A stretch of 21,983 nucleotides of DNA, taken from positions 96,209,049 to 96,231,031 of the forward strand of contig NC_057718.1 in NCBI RefSeq assembly GCF_004010195.1, given 5' to 3'. Origin of the DNA: Chiloscyllium plagiosum. Its lineage: Eukaryota. The position numbers and the translations under genes are program-made. How positions within the stretch are numbered: the first letter of the stretch is position 1; each line of letters starts with the position of its first letter. The notes beneath the pieces were generated by a model that saw only the letters and a list, made by a program, of their open reading frames with translations, was not told the origin of the DNA and ran no database searches. Positions 1-9,399 of this stretch are shown here, one piece after another.

Positions 1-522
1 GAGTAAAGCCAGACCCCCAGGCCCCTCTGTACAAGCAGGTCACAGGGAAGAAGGATGAACCTCAAATCCCAGCTTTATTATATCAAAAAGGGAAACAGTA
101 AATGCAATCACATACAGACAGTCCAATAAACCAAACAATAAAACAGTGCGTATATCTTAGGCACCCAGCAAACTACCGTCGCTCCCACCTTTCAGCCACT
201 CACAGGCAGCCCGCCCCCATGCTCCTTCTGGTTCTTGGTCTGTCCTGACACACCTACCTTCTGGTCACCTCTATGACAGCCCGTCCTGTTTCCCCAACCC
301 CCTCTCAGAATGACAGTGATCAGGACGGCCTACCCACCTACTGGCTTCCTTAACCGCTCTTCGCAGTTTCTGGCCACCTCTTGGACAGCCCGCCCCGGTA
401 CCTGCCTGAGGTGACAGCGCTGAGCACGGCCTACACACCTTCCGGCTCTCTGTCTGCCCCTATATACCATCTGGATCTCACCCACCCCAACACACCATCC
501 CACTCCTGCTCTTGTTTGTAAT

Positions 523-632
523 TTTAAAAAAAATTTCCCCCACACTACCACCGAACAGCCGTAGTACTTATTTTTCCCCAGCACCCATGTCACATGTGCG
601 CAGGTGTGTAAATCTTTATTTGTATTCCAACA
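523..632 (-). mobile_element. Degenerate 3' terminal remnant of a Tx1-clade non-LTR retrotransposon
   Basis: CCCCCACACTACC...TTATTTTTCCCCAGCACCCATGT...AAATCTTTATT matches the 3' UTR segments at 915-1026 and 1468-1570; the latter is attached to a Tx1-like ORF2 C-terminus. Confidence 0.6.
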
Positions 633-684
633 CTATAAACAATGTCATTCAGTAGCCTGTGGGACAGTTCCTCAGTTTCAATTC

Positions 685-756
685 CAGTTCCAACATGTTT
701 CGAACAGGGAATTTCTGTGTGGGAGGTCAACGTGATAACCACTTCACTGCAGAAGC
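685..756 (-). pseudogene. tRNA-Val-derived pseudogene (anticodon position reads CCC, probably from CAC)
   Basis: Minus strand reads GCTTCTGCAGTGAAGTGGTTATCACGTTGACCTCCCACACAGAAATTCCCTGTTCGAAACATGTTGGAAC, colinear with vertebrate tRNA-Val (G(C/T)TTC(C/T)GTAGTGTAGTGGTTATCACGTTCGCCTCACACGCGAAAGGTCCCCGGTTCGAAACC). A and B boxes are recognisable; anticodon, T and acceptor stems are disrupted. Confidence 0.8.
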
Positions 757-898
757 TCTCACCCCTGTTCTTTTCTTCCCCTTTTTTTAACAGTGATTAG
801 AACCTCTATACTCGTGTTTGTTTACTTTTTTTCTTTTCAGGATGTCTGACACTCCTGTTCTTTTTTTAATAGAGTGAACAAGACGTCAGCGATTCCTG

Positions 899-1112
899 TA
901 TTTATTTATTTATTTCCCCACACTACCACCTAAGTGCGGTTGTGTTTAATTTTCCCCAGCACCCGTGTCGTGTGTGTGTGCAGGTGGAGGACACTGTGAA
1001 AACTAACGGGTGTACAAATCTTTATTAATATTGTACCACCAGGAAGAAAGGAGAGAGCAGAGTAGCCAGTGACAAGTGGTGCCTTTCACATCAAAGGGCA
1101 ATGCTGTTTGAT
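899..1112 (-). mobile_element. Tx1-clade 3' UTR remnant with (TAAA)n tail
   Basis: (ATTT)n tract, then CCCCACACTACC..., AATCTTTATT (minus-strand AATAAA) and the GCC(C/T)TTCACATCAAAGGGCA hairpin shared with the two copies to the right. Confidence 0.7.
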
Positions 1113-1118
1113 AAACCC

Positions 1119-1408
1119 ATTTTTCTTTCTTTTAGACACAAGGTGCATGAATCTTTATTCAGTTTCCACCACCAGGAAGCAAGGAAAACACCCGAGTGGC
1201 CAGTGACAAGCCGTGCCCTTCACATCAAAGGGCAATGCTGTGTGATCAAACAGTGAAGGGGAGGGAAGGGATTAAATCAAAATAGAGTTGGAGGGGGAAA
1301 TAATGCACTCCACTCCCTGCGGCGCCCACCTCTCCCTGAACAACTCCAGGGAGTTGGTGGACACCGCGTGCTCCTTCTCCAGAGATACCCCGGATGTGTG
1401 GCCTCTAT
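1119..1408 (-). mobile_element. Tx1-clade LINE 3' fragment, copy A (ORF2 C-terminus + partial 3' UTR)
   Basis: Minus strand encodes VSLEKEHAVSTNSLELFRERWAPQGVECIISPSNSILI*, resembling Tx1-type ORF2 C-termini, followed by a 3' UTR hairpin, AATAAA and an A-rich tail. Direct repeat of 1545-1820. Confidence 0.75.
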
Positions 1409-1452
1409 TTTTTTTTTATCTTTATTCAAATTCCACCACCAGGAACATTCAC

Positions 1453-1820
1453 CTTTTTTTTCTTTTAACCCCCACACTACCGGTAGTGCTTATTTTTTCC
1501 CCCGCACCCATGGTGTGTGTGTATATGTGTGAGACACAGTGAAGGACACAAAGTGCACGAATCTTTATTCAAATTCCACCACCAGGAAGATAGGAAAACA
1601 CCCGGGTGGCCAGTGACAAACACTGCCCTTCACATCAAAGGGCAGTGCTGTGTGATCAAAACAGTGAAGGGGAGGGTAGGGACTAAATCAAAACAGAGTT
1701 GGAGGGAGAAATGATGCGCTCCACTCCCTGCAGCGCCCACCTCTCCCTGAACAACTCCAGGGTGTTGGTGGACACTGCGTGCTCCTTCTCCAGAGACACC
1801 CGGGATGTGTGGCCTCTATT
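1453..1820 (-). mobile_element. Tx1-clade LINE 3' fragment, copy B (ORF2 C-terminus + full 3' UTR + poly-A)
   Basis: ORF 1683..1976(-) ends RVSLEKEHAVSTNTLELFRERWALQGVERIISPSNSVLI*. A 10-bp-stem hairpin lies at 1621-1647, AATAAA at about 1564-1569(-), and an A-rich tail at about 1454-1467. Confidence 0.75.
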
Positions 1821-1894
1821 GATATGTAAGCAATCAGGGCAACCAATTGATAAATAGAAGGACAGCCAATGAGCAATGATTAGTGCCCTAGGTG

Positions 1895-2020
1895 GGATTG
1901 GTTGAGGAATACCGATTGGTAGGACACTGGGAAAACTTCCTTCTTTGCATTGATCGATATGATCAGTTATTTCCACATGACAGCACAGATTGGGCCTTCG
2001 TTTAATGTCTAATTCCAGAA
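1895..2020 (-). mobile_element. Degenerate DeuSINE (SacSINE1-like) Deu-domain fragment
   Basis: GTTGAGGAATACCGATTGGTAGGACACTGGGAAAACTTCC and CCACATGACAGCACAGATTGGGCCTTCGTTTAATGTCT resemble the reverse complement of the Deu core as recalled (GTTGAGGGATAAATATTGGCCAGGACACCGGGGAGAACTCC; CCACCTGAGAGGGCAGACGGGGCCTCGGTTTAACGTCT). Confidence 0.6.
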
Positions 2021-2265
2021 CATCCTGCGCTGGGGTTTGAACTCTTGATCAGCTTATTCCAGATATGAGGAACGCTGCCAATCAGTTCAAAATAAAAATG
2101 TGCAGCAAATGAATAAACCGGACTGTGTGGGAATGCTTTGCTGTCTGTTAATTCCGGCAAAAATGTGAAGACAGTCAGTGCTGCCAACATTGAGGAGGTG
2201 TACCTTGAAGGGTTGAAAGGTGCCATGCAGTCTGAGTGGCAATTGGATTGAGGAGCACTCTTTGT

Positions 2266-2390
2266 TCTAGTTCTGATTTCATCTTGAAAAGCTAATCTGA
2301 TTTTACCTCTCTGTGGATGCTGCCTGACCTTCTCGAGAGTTTCCAGCGCTTTGTGTGTTGATTTCAGAATTCCGGTAGCCACCACATTTC
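2266..2390 (+). mobile_element. Short Penelope-like terminal repeat remnant (GATGCTGCCTGACC family), heavily decayed
   Basis: GGATGCTGCCTGACCTTCTCGAGAGTTTCCAGCGCTTTG is related to 11381-11508, 15566-15805 and 16676-16772. An upstream CTGAT...GAAA remnant is present. The Penelope assignment is inference. Confidence 0.55.
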
Positions 2391-2613
2391 ACTTCTCTTT
2401 TGTTTCAAACTGAGAAATATCTGCTACATGGGATGAAGATCTCTTGTATTTGCTGTCCTTGCCAAAGGTGGAAATACGAGTTTAGAAAAAAAAAAGCATT
2501 TTTGGTTAGTGAAATGTAATGCTCAGTGCTTTAAAATCACACACACACGACGAGGGGATAATGAAACTGCTGAGCAGTCTAATGGGTAATGCTCTGCTGA
2601 GTGTGATATTGAG

Positions 2614-3400
2614 ATTTATTTATTTTATTTCAAAAATATACTTTATTCATCGAAAGAAACCTTTAGTACTTCTACAGTTAATGGAGCCGTTCCGATCTAT
2701 ACTTTACTTATAGAGAACAAATTGAATCGTTGATGATCACCATTCCCTATATTTTCAGTTAACCTCTTGACCTTTAGCTGAGACGTCAGCAGAGCCAATT
2801 ACTAAATAGACCACTGTTAGTCTTTGGCAGCTTTATCCACAGTGGTCTTTCCCCACTGTGCCTTTGTGGCAACTGTCCCAACTTCAGTGCGTCCTTCAGC
2901 ACGAAGTCCTGGATTTTGGTCGGTGCCAATGAACACTCAGTTGGTGTCAACTCCTTCAACTGGAAGACCAGCAAGTTTCAGGCAGACCAAAGAGCATTTT
3001 TTACCAAGTTGATGGTCCTCCAGGTGCAGTTGAATTTCATCTCGGTGTGCATCCTGGGGAGCAGGCCGTAGATTATGGCATCCTGCATCACGGAGCTGCT
3101 CGGGATGAACCTCGACAAACCCCACTGCATTCCTCTCCGGACCTCCTTCAGGAACATTCCAGAAGGAGGTGTGTGACAGTCTTGCCCCCTCCGCAGCCAC
3201 TTCGAGAGCATTGTGCGGTGGTGCAGAGTGTCCAGGCATGAATAAAGGATCCCACAGGCAGGGCCCTTCTCACCACCAGCCAACCCATGTCCTGGTGCTT
3301 GTTGGAAAGTTCTGGCGATGAAGCATTCTGCCAAATGACTTTGACAGTCTGCCCAGGGAACCGCTCAACGGGATCCACGTTCTCCTTTTCCCGATAGTCA
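2614..3400 (-). mobile_element. Tx1/L1-clade LINE 3' fragment (zf-RVT-like region and ORF2 C-terminus), frameshifted
   Basis: Overlapping minus ORFs give VIWQNASSPELSNKHQDMGWLVVRRALPV...CSRSGCGGGKTVTHLLLEC (CCHC-like), then WRTINLVKNALWSA and LVFQLKELTPTEC...KIQDFVLKDALKLG. AATAAA and an A-rich tail lie at about 2614-2648. Confidence 0.85.
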
Positions 3401-3649
3401 GAAAAACTTAGGTTCAATCTCTGTCCTGTGTGAACTGCGTTGATGCAGTGATAGCTACAATTGGTCTCACCTCTCACAGCCCAGGGTTACTGTTGTCAAT
3501 GCGAGAGAACTTTACAAACATAAACAATTAGGGGAATCAAAATGATCAGTTCAAGTTAATTTCATAATCTGCATGACATTTATCAACCACTTCACTTTTG
3601 ATTTTGATGATTGTTGATTCCTTGATTAGATTACAGCAAATTAAATCCA

Positions 3650-3775
3650 CACAGAATTATTAAATGAATACAGTGCAGAAGGAGGCCATGGTCCCATCAT
3701 GCTTGTATTATGTCTTTGAAAGAGCTACTTGATCAGTCAAATCTCCGTGCACTTGTCCCATCTCCTTTCAGGCAT
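3650..3775 (-). mobile_element. Old CR1 3' tail remnant
   Basis: ACAGTGCAGAAGGAGGCCATGGTCCCATC...TCTTTGAAAGAGCTA resembles a reverse-complemented CR1 3' UTR terminus like those at 9452 and 21051. Confidence 0.5.
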
Positions 3776-4026
3776 TTGATTGCAATTGATCCATGGTAGT
3801 ATTGATTATACTAATGGCATTTGTCATATTAACAATAATGTCAATCAAAAATACTTGATTGCAGTATTGATGCAAAGTATTTATTTTATAATTGCTTGCA
3901 TGCTTTATTTATTAATCATCTTTGGATGAGCTTGGGATCAGATACTAGCTTCAGAGGATTCTCAAGAAAATTAAATCTTTTTTATAGTTCTCACAAATAG
4001 TCACATTTACATGTGATTAGTTAAAC

Positions 4027-4199
4027 TGTGTGTGTGGGTGGGTGGGCATGTGTAGGTGTGTGGGTGTGTGTTTGTGTGCGTGTGTGTGAAGATTTGTGAG
4101 TGTGTGTATGTGTGAATGCATGAATGTGTGTGTTTGAGAAACTGTGTGTGAGAATGAATTTGTGTGAACGCGTGCGTGTGTGTGTATGAGAGAGAGAGA
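4027..4199. repeat. Imperfect (TG)n microsatellite ending in (GA)n
   Basis: Directly visible interrupted TG runs over about 170 bp, followed by GAGAGAGAGAGA. Confidence 0.95.
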
Positions 4200-6378
4200 T
4201 TCTGGAAATTAATTTATATTTTACAGATTGGTGCTTTCATTTTTAAAAGTTATTTTCTGTTCATGTTCAAATCTTGGTTGGAATGTGAGGATACATTTCC
4301 ACTAAGGTAAAATGAATTAAAATCCCTGTCTTTAAATTTGCAAAGCATGATGTTTTGACAATCTGCTCGTTGACCCTATCAAGTTGAGTGACACTCCGGG
4401 ATTTCAAAAAAGAATGAATGGGTGGGGATTTTTTCTCAAGGTATATCGACAGTTGGATTTTATACCAAGAATGTCCAAGCCAATGAAATCTCAACTTCAG
4501 ACACATGTGCAATGCACCCCAACCAGGAACTGTTTCCAGCAACATAGACACATAATTTAACTTCGGTTTTCTCTGAGTCGGTTTCTTACAAAAATTTATT
4601 CCTGTTGCATCAGAAGGAGTAATTGGTTTTGGTTGCATCAGTGTTGATGGATTCCATATTAAGTTTCAAAATCAGAATGAGTGCATTGCAAGGCTATAAG
4701 TCACAGTACTTTGTGTAATCAATATGGCACACTGTATGTGTACATGAATAATGGAATATTAGTGGCAGGAGTAGGTGTAGACTTTCTAATGCCCTGTAAT
4801 ATTGCGTTGAACAACCACTTGAGTTGAAAAGTTGACCAAAGCCCTGAAACCAAGACCACAGAGAATAATAAATTAAAAATGTCAAAGAGTTGAAATATAA
4901 GTTGACAGACTTTAAATAGAATAGCAATGGGTGGCAGACTTGAACAGACAAGGTTAGGTTTTGCCTAATATGAATTAATAACATTGGGCATTCACTGTTC
5001 AGGCTGATTCACGTAGATATTGTTCCAAATACCTAGGTTCATAATCCATAGGTCTTAGGAAATGGCATTTAGTTTGGAAATTGGAGTTTTTTGAAAAAGG
5101 GAACAAATGAAACACTAGGCTGAAGAGTTAGGAACAACAATGATATAAACACAAACCACATAAGCCTGGGTTAATTACACTTCAAAGTTAACTTGTGTTT
5201 ATTCAAAAGATCCGAGCTGGCAATGGAGGAATCTTGAATGATGGATGTCCTGTTATGGTGATTTGATAAAGGCAGGACTTCCCTTCCACACTTACTCCAG
5301 TAAGGGATTTTAATTATTCATGTAGTCCTAGATCCAAAGTAGCAGGGGCAAGGGGAGGGAAATTCTTGAGATAACCAACAAGTCTGGAAAAAGAACAATT
5401 GAATCTATTGGAAATATAAATTAAGCATTTCAGGGGGGAAAAATGCTGAAGAGATTTATTTTGCACTTATCAGGCCTGTTCACAAGAAATACCAAACCGA
5501 TGGGATAGCAACATTTATTCTCTATGAGTGGAGAGCACTGTGTCATGGACAGTGTACCAGTTAATAATGACCGACAGTTAACTGCCAGTTTTGTTTTAAT
5601 TGAAACAAGAAACATTGATTGATTGAAAAGTGTTGCCCTGAGACATGAACTAGAGAATGTCATCCATTTTGCTGCATTTAGTCAGGCATAATGTGTGTGA
5701 AGGTTAGTGCCTTTATAAAAATGCATATAGCTTCCAGTAGTGTGCCATACTGTAAGCTGACTGACAATCCAAGATTGTATATCAGCATATTTCTTCACAA
5801 ATCTTTGTTCGGAGCATGCTATGTAGCAATGAAGATGGAGGGTAGAGACTAGAAAGGTTCTTTTGCTGAATGTATTCATGGATATTTACTCATAGAGACT
5901 GTCAGGTAGCTTGAACGCAGTCAGTTTTGTCAGTGAGCAGTCAGTTGTGTGAATAGGTGATGTCCAGAAGCTGTGGGAGAAAGCCAGGACAGAAAGCATT
6001 GACAGCCATTCAGAACCAAGGGTGCTTCTAACTTTTAAATCGCTAAGCGAGAATGGAGGTGAGGACCGTGCTGGTTGCAAAGATTGCACAGTTTTTGAGG
6101 TCTGAATAGAAAGTGCCAGACCATGATGATCTCCAATTAGAGACAACCTAGCCCTCTTGGTTAACACTCAGTATAATTCCTATTACTCAATTTCTCAGCA
6201 TTAACACCTTGAGGTTTAGTATTGACCAGAAACTGAATTGAATCAGCTATATAAATGAAGTGGCTACAGGAATGAGGAATCTGGCAGCGAGGAGCACACT
6301 TACTAGCTCTTTGCAGACCTTCCATCATCTAAAAGACACAAATCAGGATTCTGATTGAATACACGATCATTGCCTGGA

Positions 6379-6594
6379 TGATTTGATTTGTCATTATTGT
6401 CACATGTACCTAGGTACAATGAAAAGTTTTGTTTTGCGTGCAGTACAGGAAGATCATACCATACAAAGATCACAGGGTGATTGAACAGACCGAGGAATAC
6501 AAAGTTGCGGCTGCAAAGAAGGTGCACAAAAAAGCAAGATCAACACTCAATTTGAAATTTGAGAGGTTCATTCTGAAGTCTAATAACGGCAGGG
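6379..6594 (-). mobile_element. Rex1/Babar LINE 3' end
   Basis: Minus strand starts CCCTGCCGTTATTAGACTT (PAVIRL; compare FYPAIVRIL at 14390) and ends CTTTTCATTGTACCTAGGTACATGTGACAATAAT...CAAATCAAATC, homologous to the tail at 14537-14565. Confidence 0.7.
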
Positions 6595-6639
6595 TGAATA
6601 CAACACTGAAAACGTGACATCATATGTGATAAAGCAACA

Positions 6640-6997
6640 CATCCAGTTGACATTCATGTCTATCCACATCAACACTCAGCAACCACAATGTGTACAATCT
6701 ACACGATGCACTGAGCAACTCACTACAGCTTCTTGAGTAGCACTGTGTAAAGCTGTGACCTTTATTACCTAGACAGACAAGAGCAGCAGAACAGCAGAGT
6801 CACACACCATCCTGATGAGGCAATGCATCACTGTTTCCTAATCCTCGTCAGAACAAATCCTGCCTAATGAACTTCGGAATCACATTCAGCAGATAGCAGT
6901 GATTTAAGAAGGCAGCTCATTCCCATCTCCTCAAGCACAATTAACAATACATTTGACAATTAACATTGGCCTTGGTGACGGGATAAATAAAATAAAA
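6640..6997 (+). mobile_element. Degenerate 3' end of a CR1-group LINE
   Basis: TGTGTACAATCTACACGATGCACTG...CCTAGACAGACAAGAGCAGCAGA...CACACACCATCCTGA...AAGAAGGCAGCTCA resembles a common shark LINE 3' end (from memory) and ends in an A-rich tail ATAAATAAAATAAAA. Confidence 0.55.
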
Positions 6998-7749
6998 TCT
7001 TACTAAATAGAACCATAATTTAAACTCTTGAACGCACCACCTCACTGTGCTAAAACATGTTCTGGGCACACTACTGTGATATATGACAGGACGACACCCA
7101 CAGGAAGCATAAATAGTCACAACTTGTTCAGTCTTTCCACAGACAGCAGACAGATAATTCTGTCCCTGGCAAGATTTAGTTTTAATTTAGCAGAAACATG
7201 GCTAACAATTGAGCTAATGATCAAGCTGAAATATGTGTCCTTGGCATAATATTTCCTTTCAAATATGACTGTAATAGTTCAAAGCATGTCATACTGTGAT
7301 ACACTATCGTTGGCTCCCAACGCACACCCAATTTGCAAAAATATTGAAGCAAATCATTAATCCTTACCAACAGGATGTTCTGAAATATATCTTTGTTGAT
7401 CACCTATTCCAATGCTTTTGATCCTTCTCCCATGTGGACCCCGTGGTCACTTCGTTTGTGGTCAGATGGAGAAATGGAAGCTATGCATTGTGAATGCCAC
7501 TTGAGACAGGTTTGGTCTTGACTTGTACATTCACTATGGGAAACCCCATTGCTACACACTGTTTAGACTCACACCAGTAGAATGGTAAATCTAACAGTAG
7601 TTATAACATGGTCAGTATGCTCATCATCTCCATGCTGATCTTCTTTAGAACATCCCTCTTAGTTGTCAACATACTGCTTTGGCAAGAGCACTTGAGGATA
7701 GGGAAGTGAGGGAGGACAAGCTCCTGAAGTACATTTAACAGAAATTGCT

Positions 7750-7867
7750 ACATTGGTATGTTCCAGTATGAGAGAATTGCTGGACCTGGGTTCAAGGGAA
7801 TGAGATTGGCCAATTGGATCAAGTGTCATTAGGGGAAACATTCAGGGAGTAGTGATCATAATATCAT
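7750..7867 (+). mobile_element. Old CR1 ORF2 fragment (end of endonuclease domain)
   Basis: With frameshifts it reads LLDL..GNEIGQLDQVSLGE..GSSDHNII, containing the APE-endonuclease SDH motif. Confidence 0.7.
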
Positions 7868-8145
7868 GGAGGTCTTGTAGCTCGGTGGTAGTATCCCTAC
7901 CTCTGAGTTAGAAGTGGCAGGTTTGAGTCCCGTGCCAGGACATTTGTAACGTGGCCAAAAAGGTTGATTGTCAACCTTTAAATCCTTCCAACACACATCA
8001 TGACGGGTGGTAAGAGTGGGAGAGTTTCTCAGTAAACCTTCTTTGAAAAAGGCAATGGTGACCAACTGCAGTACTTTGTCCACACACACGAACAATCCAA
8101 TGGAAGCCCATGACCCAGACCACAGATATCAGGATCGGAGGACAG
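7868..8145 (+). mobile_element. tRNA-derived SINE with an RTE/Bov-B-like 3' segment
   Basis: Head has A-box-like TAGCTCGGTGG and B-box-like GGTTTGAGTCC. AAGGCAATGGTGACCAACTGCAGTACTTTGTCC...AATCCAATGGA resembles the RTE-type motif AAGGAAATGGCAACCCACTCCAGTATTCTTGCC...AATCCCATGGA. It interrupts a CR1. Confidence 0.55.
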
Positions 8146-8159
8146 ACAGACCATACTGA

Positions 8160-8260
8160 TGTAAGTCTCACTGACGAATTGGACAAGAAGCAGACAGAGT
8201 AAAAATAGTTAATTGTGAGAAGACCAATTTAGAAGAGCTAAGAACTGATCTGGGCCAGGG
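8160..8260 (+). mobile_element. Continuation of old CR1 ORF2 after SINE insertion
   Basis: Reads VKIVNCEKTNLEELRTDLGQ, matching the CR1 linker motif (NW.KANF..LR.DL) that follows SDH. Confidence 0.55.
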
Positions 8261-8287
8261 CGGCCTGGTGGCTGACTAGTTAGGACT

Positions 8288-8870
8288 TAGGGTGTAGGTT
8301 TACTCACTGAGCTGTAGGTTTGATATCCAGATGTTTCATTACCTGGCTAGGTAACATCATCAGTGGCGACCTCCAAGTGAAGCGAAGCTGTTGTCTCTTG
8401 CTTTCTATTTATATGTTTGTCGTGGATGGGGTTCCTGGGGATTGTGGTGATGTCATTTCCTGTTCGTTTTCTGAGGGGTTGATAGATGGCATTTAGATCT
8501 ATGTGCTTGTTTATGGCGTTGTGGTTGGAGTGCCAGGCCTCTAGGAATTCTCTGGCATGTCTTTGCTTAACCTGTCGCAAGATAGATGAGTTGTCCCACT
8601 CAAATTGGTGGTTTTTTTCATCCGTGTGCAGAGATACGAGGGAGAGAGGGTCGTGTCTTTTTGTGGCTAGCTGGTGTTTGTGTATCCTGGTGGCTAACTT
8701 TCTTCCTGTTTGTCCTACGTAGTGTTTGTGGCAGTCCTTGTATGGAATTTTGTAGATGACGTTGGTTTTGTCCATGGGTTGTACTGGGTCTTTTAAGTTT
8801 GTTAGTTTTTGTTTGAGAGTGTTGGTGGGTTTGTGTGCTACTAGGATTCCAAGGGGTTTTTGTAGTCTTC
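8288..8870 (-). mobile_element. Penelope-like element 3' fragment encoding GIY-YIG endonuclease
   Basis: ORF 8347..8934(-) contains NVIYKIPYKDCHKHYVGQTGRKLATRIHKH...HQFEWDNSSIL...REFLEAWHS...INKH, the PLE GIY-YIG signature (VIY...YVGQT-R...R..H, LE). It is 5'-truncated with no RT. Confidence 0.93.
8327..8366 (-). ncRNA. Minimal type I hammerhead ribozyme motif in the Penelope terminal repeat
   Basis: Minus strand: CCA-CTGATGA-T-GTTACCT-AGCC-AGGTAAT-GAAA-CA-TC-TGG, i.e. stem I (CCA/TGG), CUGAUGA core, 7-bp stem II (one G-U), GAAA and an AUC cleavage triplet. PLEs are known to carry such minimal hammerheads. Confidence 0.8.
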
Positions 8871-8871
8871 T

Positions 8872-9085
8872 CTCCTCCAGGTGCTCTGGTTTCCTTCCAT
8901 AATCCAAGATGTGCAGGTTAGGTGAATTGGCCATGCTAAATTACCCGTAGTGTTCAGGGATGTATAGGTTAGGTGCATTAGTCAGGAGTAAATATAGGGA
9001 ATGGGTCTGGGTGGATTACTCTTCAGAGGGTTGGTGTGGACTTGTTGGGCCAAAGGGCCTGTTTCCACACTGTAGGGATTCTATT
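8872..9085 (+). mobile_element. HE1-like V-SINE, 3' half with CR1/HER1-type tail
   Basis: CTCCAGGTGCTCTGGTTTCCTTCCATAATCCAAGATGTGCAGGTTAGGTGAATTGGCCATGCTAAATT (V-domain) and tail GGGCCAAAGGGCCTGTTTCCACACTGTAGGGATTCTAT; homologous to 12400-12486. Confidence 0.85.
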
Positions 9086-9119
9086 AAAAAAAACTTAGAA
9101 TCATAGAGCGGCAGGCAAT

Positions 9120-9330
9120 TTGTTGGACAAGTGTAAACTAATTGAGGAAAACCAGCAGAGATTTGTTTTTATTTGTGGCACATTATGTTGGAAACAATTT
9201 GCTGGAGTGTTTTGAGGAGGTGACAGGAAAGGTTGATGAGGGTAATGTGATTGTTGTGGTTCACATGGAGTTCTAAAAGTTGCCACAGGATTGTCAGCTA
9301 AGTTAGAATGCTTGGAGTAAAAGGGACAGG
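9120..9330 (+). mobile_element. Old CR1 RT fragment
   Basis: Reads NLLECFEEVTGKVDEGNVIVVVHMEF, matching CR1 RT TNLLEFFEEVT..VDEG..VDVVYMDF. Confidence 0.8.
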
Positions 9331-9399
9331 GGTTGTGTGGGCACCATGTGGGATTAGCAACATGTACGCTGCCCACTCCCAATTCAAACACCCTGCCCA

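Noticed and set aside
1..520. GC-richer segment with minus-strand AATAAA (about 74-79) and ORF 330..593
   Set aside because: No recognisable protein or repeat motif. It may be another repeat, but it cannot be classified from sequence alone.
685..756. Functional tRNA-Gly(CCC) or tRNA-Val gene
   Set aside because: The body is Val-like, but the anticodon, T and acceptor stems do not pair and there is no downstream T-run terminator.
4267..6167. Minus-strand ORFs of 65-123 aa as host genes
   Set aside because: No domain similarity is recognised, several use non-ATG starts, and lengths are compatible with chance.
8347..8934. 195-aa ORF as a novel standalone GIY-YIG nuclease gene
   Set aside because: The first about 21 residues (MANSPNLHILDYGRKPEHLEE) are antisense HE1 SINE accidentally fused in frame to a truncated Penelope ORF; there is no evidence of expression.
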